A DNA stretch of 64,000 bases. Source: Candidatus Woesearchaeota archaeon. Its GTDB lineage: Archaea; Nanobdellota; Nanobdellia; Woesearchaeales; GW2011-AR4. The notes beneath the pieces were generated by a model. It was not told where the DNA came from, searched no databases, and saw nothing but the letters and a program-made list of their open reading frames with translations. A program made the translations under genes and the position numbers. The DNA lies in contig JACPJQ010000004.1 in NCBI GenBank assembly GCA_016187465.1, forward strand, positions 104,861 through 168,860, read 5' to 3'. Positions 55,288 to 64,000 of the stretch are shown here, piece after piece. How positions within the stretch are numbered: position 1 is the first letter of the stretch; each line of letters begins with the position of its first letter.

Positions 55288-55288
55288 A

Positions 55289-55735
55289 ATGAACATAAAA
55301 AACGACAAGAAGAAATACAAATTTCTCGAAGACGTTGCAATAGCGGATATAGCGTTTGAGGCTTACGGAAAAACCTTGACTGAAATGTTTGAGAACTCCG
55401 CCTTGGCAATTTTTGAGCTGAGTGCTGATTTGAAAACAGTGGATGCAAGGGAAAAGTTAGAGTTTGCATTGGAGAATGAAAAAATAGATAATCTGCTTTA
55501 TGATTTTTTATCAGAAATTTTATTTCTAAAGGACTCAAAATACATGGTTTTTAAGAAATCCGAGGTTTCAATAATTGAAAATGAAAAATATCAGCTGAAG
55601 GCAGTCCTTGAAGGCGACACAATAAATCCGCAAAAACAAAAATTGGAGAATGACATAAAGGCAGTAACAATGCACATGTTCGAGGTTAAGAAAGAAAAGA
55701 CTCGATGGAAAGCGACAGTTGTGGTGGATATTTAG
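55289..55735 (+). CDS. archease (RtcB activator)
   Basis: MNIKNDKKKYKFLEDVAIADIAFEAYGKT...VKAVTMHMFEV...WKATVVVDI; start trimmed to internal Met of ORF 55202..55735. Confidence 0.8.
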   Translation: MNIKNDKKKYKFLEDVAIADIAFEAYGKTLTEMFENSALAIFELSADLKTVDAREKLEFALENEKIDNLLYDFLSEILFLKDSKYMVFKKSEVSIIENEKYQLKAVLEGDTINPQKQKLENDIKAVTMHMFEVKKEKTRWKATVVVDI

Positions 55736-56292
55736 AATTGTTCCAATCTTGATAATAATTCATCTAAACTAGAAACAGGCTTCGAAGTTCCTCGCAAAGA
55801 TAATTTTTCAATCTTGCCGTCTTTATGCTTGAATATCTCCTGTTTAGCGCTTAAAAATACTTGAAAGTCATTTGAATCTTCCGTATACTGAACATCGCCT
55901 CCTAAATAAATTCTTGTTTGTAAAATTTCCGCAATTGGCCCAAAATCTTTTATAAATCGGGCTTTACCGTCGAAACTGCCCAAACTTAATCCTATAAAAT
56001 CTGGGTCGAATCTGAATTTTTTCAGTTTTTTTGCCATTTCAATTGTGGATTTTATTGAGTCTGATATGGGTTGTTCTTCTAAATTGCCTGAAAAACCTAA
56101 ATAAAAATCATCAGGTGTAAAATGTGCCCATCGGTCATCGGTTGTTTTAATAATGAATGCGGTATGTTCGCCATAACTTTTTTCTTTATCAAACAATCCT
56201 GATGTGATTATATAATTTTTTGTATCCTCAAATGTAACTAAATCCCCTTCTCGAAGTTCGTATTCCAATCCTACACTATAGTTTCTTGCCAT
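55732..56292 (-). CDS. hypothetical protein
   Basis: 186-aa ORF. Confidence 0.35.
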   Translation of the reverse strand: MARNYSVGLEYELREGDLVTFEDTKNYIITSGLFDKEKSYGEHTAFIIKTTDDRWAHFTPDDFYLGFSGNLEEQPISDSIKSTIEMAKKLKKFRFDPDFIGLSLGSFDGKARFIKDFGPIAEILQTRIYLGGDVQYTEDSNDFQVFLSAKQEIFKHKDGKIEKLSLRGTSKPVSSLDELLSRLEQF

Positions 56293-56364
56293 AGCATCAA
56301 AATCTCTAAAGAATTCCCCTTTTTAATGATTGATAGGGTGCTAGATTTAAAAATATATCTAAAA

Positions 56365-56952
56365 TTAATGAGTTATTGATAACAGATTATCAATCTTCAA
56401 TAACTGAGATGTTGTCAAAAACTTTGCGCCTTTCTTCTTAAATAAAACAATATATTTCTTTTCATTATCTTTCGATGTTGATCTTATTGCATCTATAACT
56501 ACATAAGTTTCAATACCCATCTCCCTCAATCCCAAAACAGCCTCTTTGACGCAAGAGTCTGTCGCAACGCCGTATACAAATGCTTTTTTTACGCTTTGCA
56601 GCAGTTTTTTCGTATTTGGATTTGAGAAGACATCATGCTTTTGCTTTTCTATCAGCAGCCTGTTTTTTTCCCTTAGCCTCTTGATTTTTTTATCGCTGAG
56701 TTTTCTATTTGGAATTGAAAATGCATTGCTAAACCTTGTTTCTTTTATTTTCTCCTGCCCGGGCATTTTATGATTGTCCATAGAAGCGATTACAGAAATA
56801 CTTTTTTCCTTTGCAAACTGTGTTATCCTCTTCAGGTTCGGGATTATCTTTTCCGCACCTTTTACATAAAACCTGCCTTTTTTGTGCATGAAGCTGTATT
56901 GCGTGTCTATGTCAAAAAATACTATGTCTTCCATAACAGAAAAATAATCCAA
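56365..56952 (-). CDS. isochorismatase-family cysteine hydrolase (nicotinamidase-like)
   Basis: FFDIDTQYSF, K, GVATDSCVKEAVLGL catalytic triad arrangement. Confidence 0.7.
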   Translation of the reverse strand: MDYFSVMEDIVFFDIDTQYSFMHKKGRFYVKGAEKIIPNLKRITQFAKEKSISVIASMDNHKMPGQEKIKETRFSNAFSIPNRKLSDKKIKRLREKNRLLIEKQKHDVFSNPNTKKLLQSVKKAFVYGVATDSCVKEAVLGLREMGIETYVVIDAIRSTSKDNEKKYIVLFKKKGAKFLTTSQLLKIDNLLSITH

Positions 56953-56983
56953 TTTTGTTTATAAAATTTTAGTTTTTGTAGAA

Positions 56984-57649
56984 TTAAGACTTCATAATGC
57001 TTTCAAGGCTGTTTATTACATTCAGCGCCTTAAGCAAATCTTCCTTTTTTATAAAAACCAGCAGTTCAGGCGCGCAGCTTATAACCTCAATGATATTTAT
57101 GTCTTCGGCGTTCAAGCTTGATGATATCAGCGACAATATCCCTTTTGTTCTTGTAGCCTCAAGTGTAAAATGCAGATTAATCTCTATCAGGTTCTTTTCA
57201 GTTGAAACGCAGTCGCTTTTCGAAAAATAATCAAAAAACTTGTCCAGGTTTTTTTCATCCAGTATTACCCTTATGCTTTCCTCTGCCTGTATAATCCTTA
57301 TGACCTCGCCTTTCTCAACATCGACTATTGAGTTGATTTTATTCAGCTGCTCCAGCATCTTTTTGTTCTTTCTCAGGCAGATATCCACAATATTGCTTCT
57401 TGTTTTGACTGAAATCCTGGAAAATAGTTTTTTCAGCTCTGCCTCTGTTTTGTTTTTTTCTTCTCTTTTGTACCTTCTAACGGCGCTAATAACTGCATCA
57501 AGATTTTTTTCCTCTAAATTCAGAGTTTGGATGATATACCGGGCAAGCGCCCTCAGGCTTATTATGTTCCTGAACAGACATTTCCGTATGATAAAATCAT
57601 TGTCCAAAAATATCTTTACCTTTTCCGCTATATGTGTCATAAAAGACAC
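56984..57649 (-). CDS. ACT-domain-containing putative regulator
   Basis: C-terminal GILSLISSSLNAEDINIIEVIS...ELLVFIKKEDLLKALNVI ACT fold pattern. Confidence 0.4.
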   Translation of the reverse strand: MSFMTHIAEKVKIFLDNDFIIRKCLFRNIISLRALARYIIQTLNLEEKNLDAVISAVRRYKREEKNKTEAELKKLFSRISVKTRSNIVDICLRKNKKMLEQLNKINSIVDVEKGEVIRIIQAEESIRVILDEKNLDKFFDYFSKSDCVSTEKNLIEINLHFTLEATRTKGILSLISSSLNAEDINIIEVISCAPELLVFIKKEDLLKALNVINSLESIMKS

Positions 57650-57723
57650 AAATAAGCCTTTATTTATAAATTTTATGAATTTGTGACATAAAGTTTAAGA
57701 TGATACGGTCTCTAACCTATTAG

Positions 57724-58053
57724 GTGATAAACATGAATGCAGATAAATTAAGTGGCAAGAAACACAAATTAACTACAGGCTACCTTTCCCATTTAATAAT
57801 AAAAATGCTGGAACGAAAAGGAATTAAAATAGAAGTTACTGCCAGCGGTGAAGAAGCTGATTCTATCGATGGCTTCCTTTACCTTAATCCCGGGCAGGAA
57901 TACTTAGTAATCGGCGATTATGCGAATCGGGGAAAATTTGTTGAGAGAAAGGGGAACCAGTTGGTTTTTGATAAATTTACTTTGGATTACCAAGCAAATT
58001 CCGAAATTACTATGAGTGATTCAATAACGATTGAGGATATACTAAAAGCTTGA
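57724..58053 (+). CDS. small hypothetical protein, paralog of 58563..58823
   Basis: shared GxEYxVxG...NRGxFxE..GNQ..VFDxFxL...ITIxDIxE module. Confidence 0.35.
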   Translation: MINMNADKLSGKKHKLTTGYLSHLIIKMLERKGIKIEVTASGEEADSIDGFLYLNPGQEYLVIGDYANRGKFVERKGNQLVFDKFTLDYQANSEITMSDSITIEDILKA

Positions 58054-58089
58054 CGAAATAATTAAAAATGAGAAATTTACAATATTCAG

Positions 58090-58551
58090 GTGATGAAAAT
58101 GTGGGATTTAATTACACTCAGAGAAATAAATGAACTTGCTGGTCTAGGTCGATCAAAGCAGGATAACCTACCCCCTTCTGAAAAATTTTTAGTTGTAGGT
58201 TCTACAAGAAAAGATTACCTTGATGCTGCAAGAGATAAAATTATGAGGCAGATTGAAAAGACTACAGGAAGATCCTTTAAGGCTACAAAAAATATTGGTG
58301 GAGGGATAGAGGATACGCTTGAAACTCAACATGAATCTTATATGGAGGCAGATGTAATAACAGAACATACTCCTTATTCCAAAATAGGCAAGAATATGGG
58401 ATTTGGCGGATTTAATTTTGGTCTTTATTACAGGGCAACGCAACCGTCCTTTGGGCAAGAAATTGATGCAATAGTGCGAGATGTCGCGCAATCTCATGAA
58501 TTAAATGTAATAAATCTGTCTCATGTTGTAAGAAATCTAAAAAGAGGATAA
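58090..58551 (+). CDS. hypothetical protein
   Basis: 153-aa ORF between two paralogous genes. Confidence 0.35.
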   Translation: MMKMWDLITLREINELAGLGRSKQDNLPPSEKFLVVGSTRKDYLDAARDKIMRQIEKTTGRSFKATKNIGGGIEDTLETQHESYMEADVITEHTPYSKIGKNMGFGGFNFGLYYRATQPSFGQEIDAIVRDVAQSHELNVINLSHVVRNLKRG

Positions 58552-58562
58552 AAAACAATAAA

Positions 58563-58823
58563 ATGAATACAGAACAATTCACTACAGGAAAAGAATACGA
58601 AGTGAGGGGTAAGGACATAGAACATCCTACAGGGTTTGGTCAATTGCCAAAACCAGTTGATTACGTTAATCGGGGCCATTTTATAGAATCCATAAAACAC
58701 GAAAATGGGAATCAAGTTTATGTTTTTGATAATTTTGTTTTATATCATAATAATATGCCAAATGGGCAACTAAGAATGGGTGCTTGTATAACAATAGACG
58801 ACATAATTGAAATTAAAGGCTAA
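58563..58823 (+). CDS. small hypothetical protein, paralog of 57724..58053
   Basis: see paralog. Confidence 0.35.
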   Translation: MNTEQFTTGKEYEVRGKDIEHPTGFGQLPKPVDYVNRGHFIESIKHENGNQVYVFDNFVLYHNNMPNGQLRMGACITIDDIIEIKG

Positions 58824-58998
58824 ATTTTCACTTTTCCATCAGCAAATTCTCGTATCTTCATTCAATAATATGTTTGTCTGTTGTATCAGCAATTATACAG
58901 AGATTCCGAAAGTCATCAGGGCAAACAACTGAAAAATCAGTATACCATTAAGCAATAAACCCAATAACGATGGAACATTAACCAAAAGATTTTTATAT

Positions 58999-59514
58999 AT
59001 GCAATACATTTTACGAAATCGTATGACAATAATTGCGGATTCAACAGCCTTAATACTTTTAGCCAAAGTAAGCGTGTTGGAGACGTTTGTAAAACGCAAT
59101 AATGTTGAAACCTCAAAAGTTGTGCATGGGGAGGTTGTCAAAGGCAAAGAAATCGGAAGAAGTGACAGCATGCTTGTGGAAAAATTAGTTCATGGAAAAA
59201 ATTTGAAGGTGAAGGCGCCAAACAATTCAGTTAAAAACAATATCCAAAAACTGTTTAACTTAAAAGGAGGGGAACTGGAAATTATTTCACTGGCATACAA
59301 AACTAATAATGTGATTTTGAGCGACGATAAAAAATGCTTGAATGCTGCAAAAGCGCTGGAAATAGGCTTTATGACCTCGCTTGATGTTGTTGCGGTACTC
59401 TGCAAAAAACGGATTATAACTAAAGAAAAAGCATTAAAATGTGTTGATGAGCTTGAAGAGTACGGATGGTATGCTAAGGATTTAATTAGAAGTTACAGGG
59501 AGGAGATAAAATGA
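58999..59514 (+). CDS. PIN-domain (DUF3368-like) protein, putative toxin
   Basis: IIADSTALILLAK N-terminus and downstream acidic residues; translationally coupled to a UPF0175-like gene. Confidence 0.45.
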   Translation: MQYILRNRMTIIADSTALILLAKVSVLETFVKRNNVETSKVVHGEVVKGKEIGRSDSMLVEKLVHGKNLKVKAPNNSVKNNIQKLFNLKGGELEIISLAYKTNNVILSDDKKCLNAAKALEIGFMTSLDVVAVLCKKRIITKEKALKCVDELEEYGWYAKDLIRSYREEIK

Positions 59515-59822
59515 TGAAAAGCATTTCAATAAGATTGAAAGAAAACTTTATGAAGGAGGCAAGAAAATTAGCAGAACTCGAGATGGTTGACGAGTCTGTA
59601 ATAATAAGGGAAGCGCTTGAAAAAGGGATGGCTGAAGTTAAATTAGAAACTGCTTTAGAAATGTTTAGCAAAGGAAAAGCCTCGACTGGCGAAGCTGCTG
59701 AAATAGCAGGTATAAGCGTGGGAGAAATAATGGACGAAATAGTTAAAATAGGTTTAAAGCCTGGTATAACCAAAGAAGATATAAAAGGCAGTTTAGAAAG
59801 AGCATTAAAGGCTATAAAATAA
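59511..59822 (+). CDS. UPF0175-family putative antitoxin
   Basis: ISIRLKENFMKEARKLAELEMVDESVIIREALEKGMAE...ASTGEAAEIAGISVGEIMDEI pattern; ATGA overlap. Confidence 0.5.
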   Translation: MMKSISIRLKENFMKEARKLAELEMVDESVIIREALEKGMAEVKLETALEMFSKGKASTGEAAEIAGISVGEIMDEIVKIGLKPGITKEDIKGSLERALKAIK

Positions 59823-59851
59823 ACATTTGATATTGATTAGAGGGTAAAAAT

Positions 59852-60331
59852 CTATTCCCTCAGCAAATTCTCATACTCTTCTTCTTCGGCAACTTCTTCA
59901 GAAAGCAGGTCTTCTGCAAGCTCGTGGGTAACCAAGTCCTTGCCGTGTGTTTTTTGGGCTAAATCATTGTACAAAGAAATTGCATGCCTTTCCATTTCCA
60001 GAAATACCTTGACAAAGCCCATAGTGTCGCTTCTTTTCTTTGGAAAAATTACTTTTCCGAATTCTGCCGCTTTTTCAATATCTGCCATTGCAGCCAGAGG
60101 CTCTCCACCCAGTTCCGCGATTCTTTTTGCAACCCTGTTTGCATGCCCAAGTTCGCCTTCAGCAGCTTTTTTGAATACCTCAGAATATACTGGAGTTCTA
60201 TGGCCTGACAAAATATTTGCAGCCAAAGAAGCATAATAATGAACAACCCATTCAAAAGCATATGCTTTGTTCAATTCATTTATCAGCCATTTATGGTCCA
60301 GTTTTGCAATTTCTTTGCCTTTTTGCCCCAT
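59852..60331 (-). CDS. ferritin-like diiron protein (Dps/bacterioferritin-like)
   Basis: paired E...H ligand motifs (EWVVHYY, EGELGHANR, EMERHAI); start trimmed to internal Met. Confidence 0.65.
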   Translation of the reverse strand: MGQKGKEIAKLDHKWLINELNKAYAFEWVVHYYASLAANILSGHRTPVYSEVFKKAAEGELGHANRVAKRIAELGGEPLAAMADIEKAAEFGKVIFPKKRSDTMGFVKVFLEMERHAISLYNDLAQKTHGKDLVTHELAEDLLSEEVAEEEEYENLLRE

Positions 60332-60347
60332 GAGAAATTCACCAAAA

Positions 60348-60917
60348 TCAATACTCAAAGCTCTGCCCGCAGCCGCAGGAACTATGCGCATTCGGGTTGC
60401 TTATCTTGAATCCGCCGCCCTGCAGGCTGTCAACGTAATCAAGCTTTGCACCTTTCAGGAATTGCAGATTTTCCTTGCTGATAATTATCTTTACATCTTT
60501 TTCTTCAATAACCAAATCAAGGTCTGTTGTGCTGTCGTCCAATTCAAGCCCGTACTGGAATCCTGAGCACCCTCCCGGCACAAGCTCGACTCTCAATCCG
60601 GAGCCCTCCTTGTTGTTTTCCTTTAGGACTTCCTTCAGCTTTTGAGCTGCTTTATTAGTGATTATGATGTCTTTCCCAATATCCATCTTGGATTCTTCAA
60701 CGGCGGTATTCAGCTTTGTGATGACTTCCCCTACTTCATTATCCGTCATTCCATGCCCTTTAAAGCCCTGCTCCAAAGTTTCGTGATAAGAAACATGGCA
60801 GCCTACGCAATGCACACCAGCGCTTTGCAGCGGCTCAATCACAGCCGGGTATTTAGACACAACATCGCCGATTGTCATGTCCTTTGTTATCAATTGCACT
60901 TTTGCTTCCTGTTCCAT
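60348..60917 (-). CDS. DUF1858-domain fused to IscA/HesB A-type FeS carrier
   Basis: N-terminal DMTIGDVVSKYP...HCVGCHVS; C-terminal ...GGCSGFQYGL...SCGCGQSF; start trimmed. Confidence 0.7.
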   Translation of the reverse strand: MEQEAKVQLITKDMTIGDVVSKYPAVIEPLQSAGVHCVGCHVSYHETLEQGFKGHGMTDNEVGEVITKLNTAVEESKMDIGKDIIITNKAAQKLKEVLKENNKEGSGLRVELVPGGCSGFQYGLELDDSTTDLDLVIEEKDVKIIISKENLQFLKGAKLDYVDSLQGGGFKISNPNAHSSCGCGQSFEY

Positions 60918-60969
60918 CTTAACTATTGTTAACAATCCCAATATATAAATGTTTTTATAGTTTGTTTGA

Positions 60970-61371
60970 ATGCAAGTAACCATAGCAATGTTAAGCAAAA
61001 GTATGGTAGACAAAAAACTGAAGGCCTACATACAAAAACATTTGGACAAAGGCTATTCAAAAAGAGCTGTAATAAATGTCTTGGTTAACCATGGCTACGA
61101 CGAGCTATACATCAACAGGCTGTTTATTAAGCATTCTGAAACTCAGTTTGTTAAGGGCTATGCTTTAACTGCTTTAATAGTTTTTATGATTTCTATTTTA
61201 TCTTTCAGTCTTATCCCAGCAGAAAGTCAGCAAAAAATAACCGGCTATGCTGCCTCAATTCAAGAGAAAGCCCAATTAAACTATCCAATGCTTGTCTTAG
61301 CGCTATTGTCCATTCTTTTTTTGGTTTCGTTATCCCTACTGCTTAAAAAAAGAAGAAGGTTGCATGGCTAA
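60970..61371 (+). CDS. hypothetical membrane protein
   Basis: 133-aa ORF with two TM helices. Confidence 0.25.
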   Translation: MQVTIAMLSKSMVDKKLKAYIQKHLDKGYSKRAVINVLVNHGYDELYINRLFIKHSETQFVKGYALTALIVFMISILSFSLIPAESQQKITGYAASIQEKAQLNYPMLVLALLSILFLVSLSLLLKKRRRLHG

Positions 61372-61417
61372 GGCAATTTGATAATATTTATAAATACAAG
61401 ACGTCAAGGCAATTAAA

Positions 61418-62233
61418 ATGTTAAAAAGAGGCGATCACCTGTCTTTCCCGTATTCAAAAGGCCAAGTGGCAATATTCTTCATAATCGGGCTGATAATCTT
61501 GGCAAGCTTCATAATACTAAGCACTGCCAAGAAGGAAAATGCGTCAAAACTGGATGAAGGCATTTCCACTGTTGAAACAGGGCAGGTAGACGACGTAAAT
61601 CTAAGGTCTTTCGTGCAGTTCTGCGTTGACTCTGTTGCAAAAAACGCTGTTTTCTACCTTGGATTTGTTGGCGGAAAGCTGCAAAAGGATTTTTTCCCGA
61701 AATTTTACATTGTAGATGCCAACTACAGAATCCCTTACTTCTATTATAAAGGGGGCTCAAACATGCCCAGTCGGGACGGATTTAGAAATCTCATACTGGC
61801 AAAGTACATGAACGAGAATTTGAGAAAATGCACAAACAACTTCAAGGCCTTTGAAAGCACAAGGATAATTGACTCAAGTTCAAGGACAAATGTTTTGCTT
61901 ACTGATGAAGAAATCATCTTTAATGTCACTTATCCGGTCAGCATTAACAGGGGCTTGCATATTAAGAATCTTGACCAGGCATATTCTACTGAAGTCAAGG
62001 CAAGACTAAAGGAAATCTTGGAGATTGCCCAAACCATTGTCAATTATGAACTCATAAACGACAGGTACATCCATTGGGATTATCTAACGGACATGAGCAA
62101 CAGGAACTACAATATAACAGCATATACTCAGGAAGACAACACAATCCTTTACAGAATCATTGACTTGGAGAATGAGATTGACAGAGAAAAATACATTTTC
62201 CAGTTTGCGAATAAGATAAAAGTGAAAGAATGA
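61418..62233 (+). CDS. secreted/anchored hypothetical protein
   Basis: N-terminal TM anchor; 271 aa. Confidence 0.35.
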   Translation: MLKRGDHLSFPYSKGQVAIFFIIGLIILASFIILSTAKKENASKLDEGISTVETGQVDDVNLRSFVQFCVDSVAKNAVFYLGFVGGKLQKDFFPKFYIVDANYRIPYFYYKGGSNMPSRDGFRNLILAKYMNENLRKCTNNFKAFESTRIIDSSSRTNVLLTDEEIIFNVTYPVSINRGLHIKNLDQAYSTEVKARLKEILEIAQTIVNYELINDRYIHWDYLTDMSNRNYNITAYTQEDNTILYRIIDLENEIDREKYIFQFANKIKVKE

Positions 62234-62410
62234 AAATAAAAAAGAAAATCATAATTGACTTGGATGTTGTGACTGTTGCTTTTTGGGACAATAAAGATGA
62301 TACAAAACTTAACATAGAAAGATTGAGTAAGTAGACCCGTCAAGCCTACTAACCGTCTTAAAGGCGGGATTCGTCAGGGTCTGTTCCTCAACACCCATAT
62401 ATACAGATGT

Positions 62411-62460
62411 GATATATAAACCTTTCGCCGGAAAACAATAACGATTGAAAAAAATGAAAA
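62411..62460 (+). promoter_or_regulatory. TATA box/BRE-containing promoter-5' module, copy 1 (tatatataaacctttcgcc.g.aaacaataa...acgattga...aaaatgaaaa)
   Basis: TATA-like element ~25 nt upstream of ATG 62454; near-identical to 63088..63166. Confidence 0.5.
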
Positions 62461-62975
62461 GAGTATTGCCCGATACCAATTTTTATGAATTGATGTTAAA
62501 ATACTTGGAAGTGGAGAAAATTAGGAAAGTCAAGGAAAGCGGGGCGATTGTTTTTTACGGGATTGACATAATCAGAAAAGAATTAAGAGCCACTCCGAAA
62601 ACAAAAGTAGAAGTTGTAAGGAACGAATTATTCAAATTAAGAAGCACACTGCTCTTAGTTTATGACTTGCTCATAGGCAGACATCAATACGGCATTGACT
62701 CAAAAATAAATCAGTATGCTGATAATTATTATATCGCTTATAAAGTTCTGAAGGGAAAAGCGACAAGAGAAGAAATAATCAATGATTTTAGAATAGTAGC
62801 CTGCGCAACAATTCATAATATAGATATACTTGTTTCTGATGACAATAAAACAATGCTCTCCCAAGAATCAAAAAAAGCTTATACTTCAGTCAATAATATT
62901 CATAAATTAACAACTCCTAACTTTATAGGATTTGAAGAATTTAAAAGATTTTTAAGAGGTGTGAAGCTTGATTAA
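62454..62975 (+). CDS. hypothetical protein, possibly PIN-like
   Basis: VLPDTNFY N-terminus and VSDD acidic cluster; weak. Confidence 0.3.
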   Translation: MKRVLPDTNFYELMLKYLEVEKIRKVKESGAIVFYGIDIIRKELRATPKTKVEVVRNELFKLRSTLLLVYDLLIGRHQYGIDSKINQYADNYYIAYKVLKGKATREEIINDFRIVACATIHNIDILVSDDNKTMLSQESKKAYTSVNNIHKLTTPNFIGFEEFKRFLRGVKLD

Positions 62976-63087
62976 TTCATCCAGTAATTTCATGGATTCA
63001 GGATTGTTGCGAATATCCTCAATGGATTTTTCCAACTTTTCCCACTTTAACTTATCATTGTTTTTCATAGCAAGAGATACACCAACG

Positions 63088-63166
63088 TATATATATAAAC
63101 CTTTCGCCTGCAAACAATAAATAAGTTCATTAACGATTGAGCATTAAATAAAAAATGAAAAAGAAA
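63088..63166 (+). promoter_or_regulatory. promoter-5' module, copy 2 (with 12-nt and 11-nt insertions)
   Basis: same tatatataaacctttcgcc..aaacaataa / acgattga / aaaatgaaaaag blocks upstream of ATG 63155. Confidence 0.5.
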
Positions 63167-64000
63167 ATTTTATTCGGCTTGATGCTGGTGATGGGGTTTG
63201 TATTGGGATTAATAAATGTTCAGGCCGTGCTTGTTCCACCTTGTGGTCCTAGCTTGCCACCTCCATGGTGCCAAACTGCAATTAATTGTGGTGCAAAAGA
63301 ATGTACAGCAGTATATGAAGCAATAGATGCGCCGGCTAGTGCTCTATGCCACACGGATTATGATGTTCTATGCCCAATACCAGAACCTGACGGATTTTGC
63401 AGTCCCTATAATCCATTTTGGGTATGTCAAGGTACGACTGCAAAAGGTGCAAGTTGTGATACAGCTACGTGTACACTAATATGCCAAACTGGTGCTGCGT
63501 ATGTTTACAAAGGAATTGAGGCAACAGCAGAATCAACTGCCACTGCATTTTACACCAGTCTTAAAGCAGCCGGTTTTTTTGGAGATATTGTGCCTTGTGG
63601 TGAAATAGATAGTTGTATGGAAGAAGTACCAGTAAGTGCTCTGCAAAGTTATAACAGGCTCACTTGCGAAGGCATAAAACAATCCACTCTCGTAAGAATA
63701 TTTGGAGATCCTGCAGTAAATAAGGCACTATTGGAGCAAGTCTTGCCTGAAATAGCAACAAGACCAGAAGTTTTAGATGCCCTGAAATCAACAGGCTATC
63801 AATTTGTAAGCCCGGAGCAGCTTGCAAAGTTTATCAATGATTGTGGATTTGAATGTGGAACAAATACATTAGAAGCTGTTGTCAATCAACAAAAGTTGAG
63901 TGTTTTGGCAAATAAAGCTGTTGACGCGGCAAGAGCAGCTTACGGTATTGAACTTTCAACCGCAAACGAAATGGGCGTGACAGCTTTAAAATTATACAAT
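63155..64000 (+). CDS. secreted Cys-rich protein (partial, runs off the window end)
   Basis: signal peptide MKKKILFGLMLVMGFVLGLINVQA then many Cys; no stop before window end. Confidence 0.5.
   Translation, partial: MKKKILFGLMLVMGFVLGLINVQAVLVPPCGPSLPPPWCQTAINCGAKECTAVYEAIDAPASALCHTDYDVLCPIPEPDGFCSPYNPFWVCQGTTAKGASCDTATCTLICQTGAAYVYKGIEATAESTATAFYTSLKAAGFFGDIVPCGEIDSCMEEVPVSALQSYNRLTCEGIKQSTLVRIFGDPAVNKALLEQVLPEIATRPEVLDALKSTGYQFVSPEQLAKFINDCGFECGTNTLEAVVNQQKLSVLANKAVDAARAAYGIELSTANEMGVTALKLYN

Noticed and set aside
1-64000. CRISPR arrays, rRNA genes, IS elements/transposases, integrases
   Set aside because: No regularly spaced direct repeats, no rRNA-like conserved segments and no transposase/integrase-like ORFs were recognisable.

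Overview
AT-rich (roughly one-third G+C by eye) gene-dense window. It has archaeal hallmarks: FlaI/FlaJ-type pilus/archaellum assembly genes, RtcB plus archease, XPD/Rad3 helicase, endonuclease V, PIMT, a PAC2 proteasome-assembly chaperone, a tandem-Lrp regulator, TATA-like promoters ~25 nt upstream of leaderless starts, and an archaeal-type tRNA-Val. This is most compatible with a small-genome (DPANN-like) archaeon carrying several bacterial-type genes (Lgt, Liv ABC transporter, CopA); that lineage call is an inference. Content by position. 1-5 kb: accessory mosaic with dispersed ~40-45 nt repeats bracketing toxin-antitoxin-like cassettes, then a ~660 nt non-coding AT-rich stretch. 5-20 kb: housekeeping genes (XPD, endoV, tRNA-Val, GNAT, DUF59, PIMT, DEAD-box helicase) plus a giant Cys-rich secreted protein with four tandem ~32-aa modules. 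20-26 kb: branched-chain amino-acid ABC operon with an inserted sugar dehydrogenase. 26-30 kb: B12-radical-SAM gene, double Lrp, AbrB-nucleotidyltransferase fusion. 30-38 kb: copper/metal-homeostasis island with a PadR-TRASH regulator. 38-50 kb: Lgt, translin, a paralogous membrane-protein triplet, FlaI/FlaJ-like locus. 50-64 kb: CPBP protease, SSB, TsaA, rtcB-DUF167-ZupT-archease cluster, PIN/UPF0175 pair, ferritin, DUF1858-IscA fusion, secreted proteins. The most striking observation: the RtcB tRNA-ligase gene is interrupted by two 32-33 nt insertions carrying stop codons/frameshift. Removing exactly these nucleotides restores a perfectly conserved 489-codon RtcB, and both insertions fold into canonical bulge-helix-bulge (BHB) motifs with the inferred junctions in the 3-nt bulges. 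This suggests mRNA introns in the ligase gene that would be joined by RtcB itself. No CRISPR array, rRNA, transposase or integrase was recognised.
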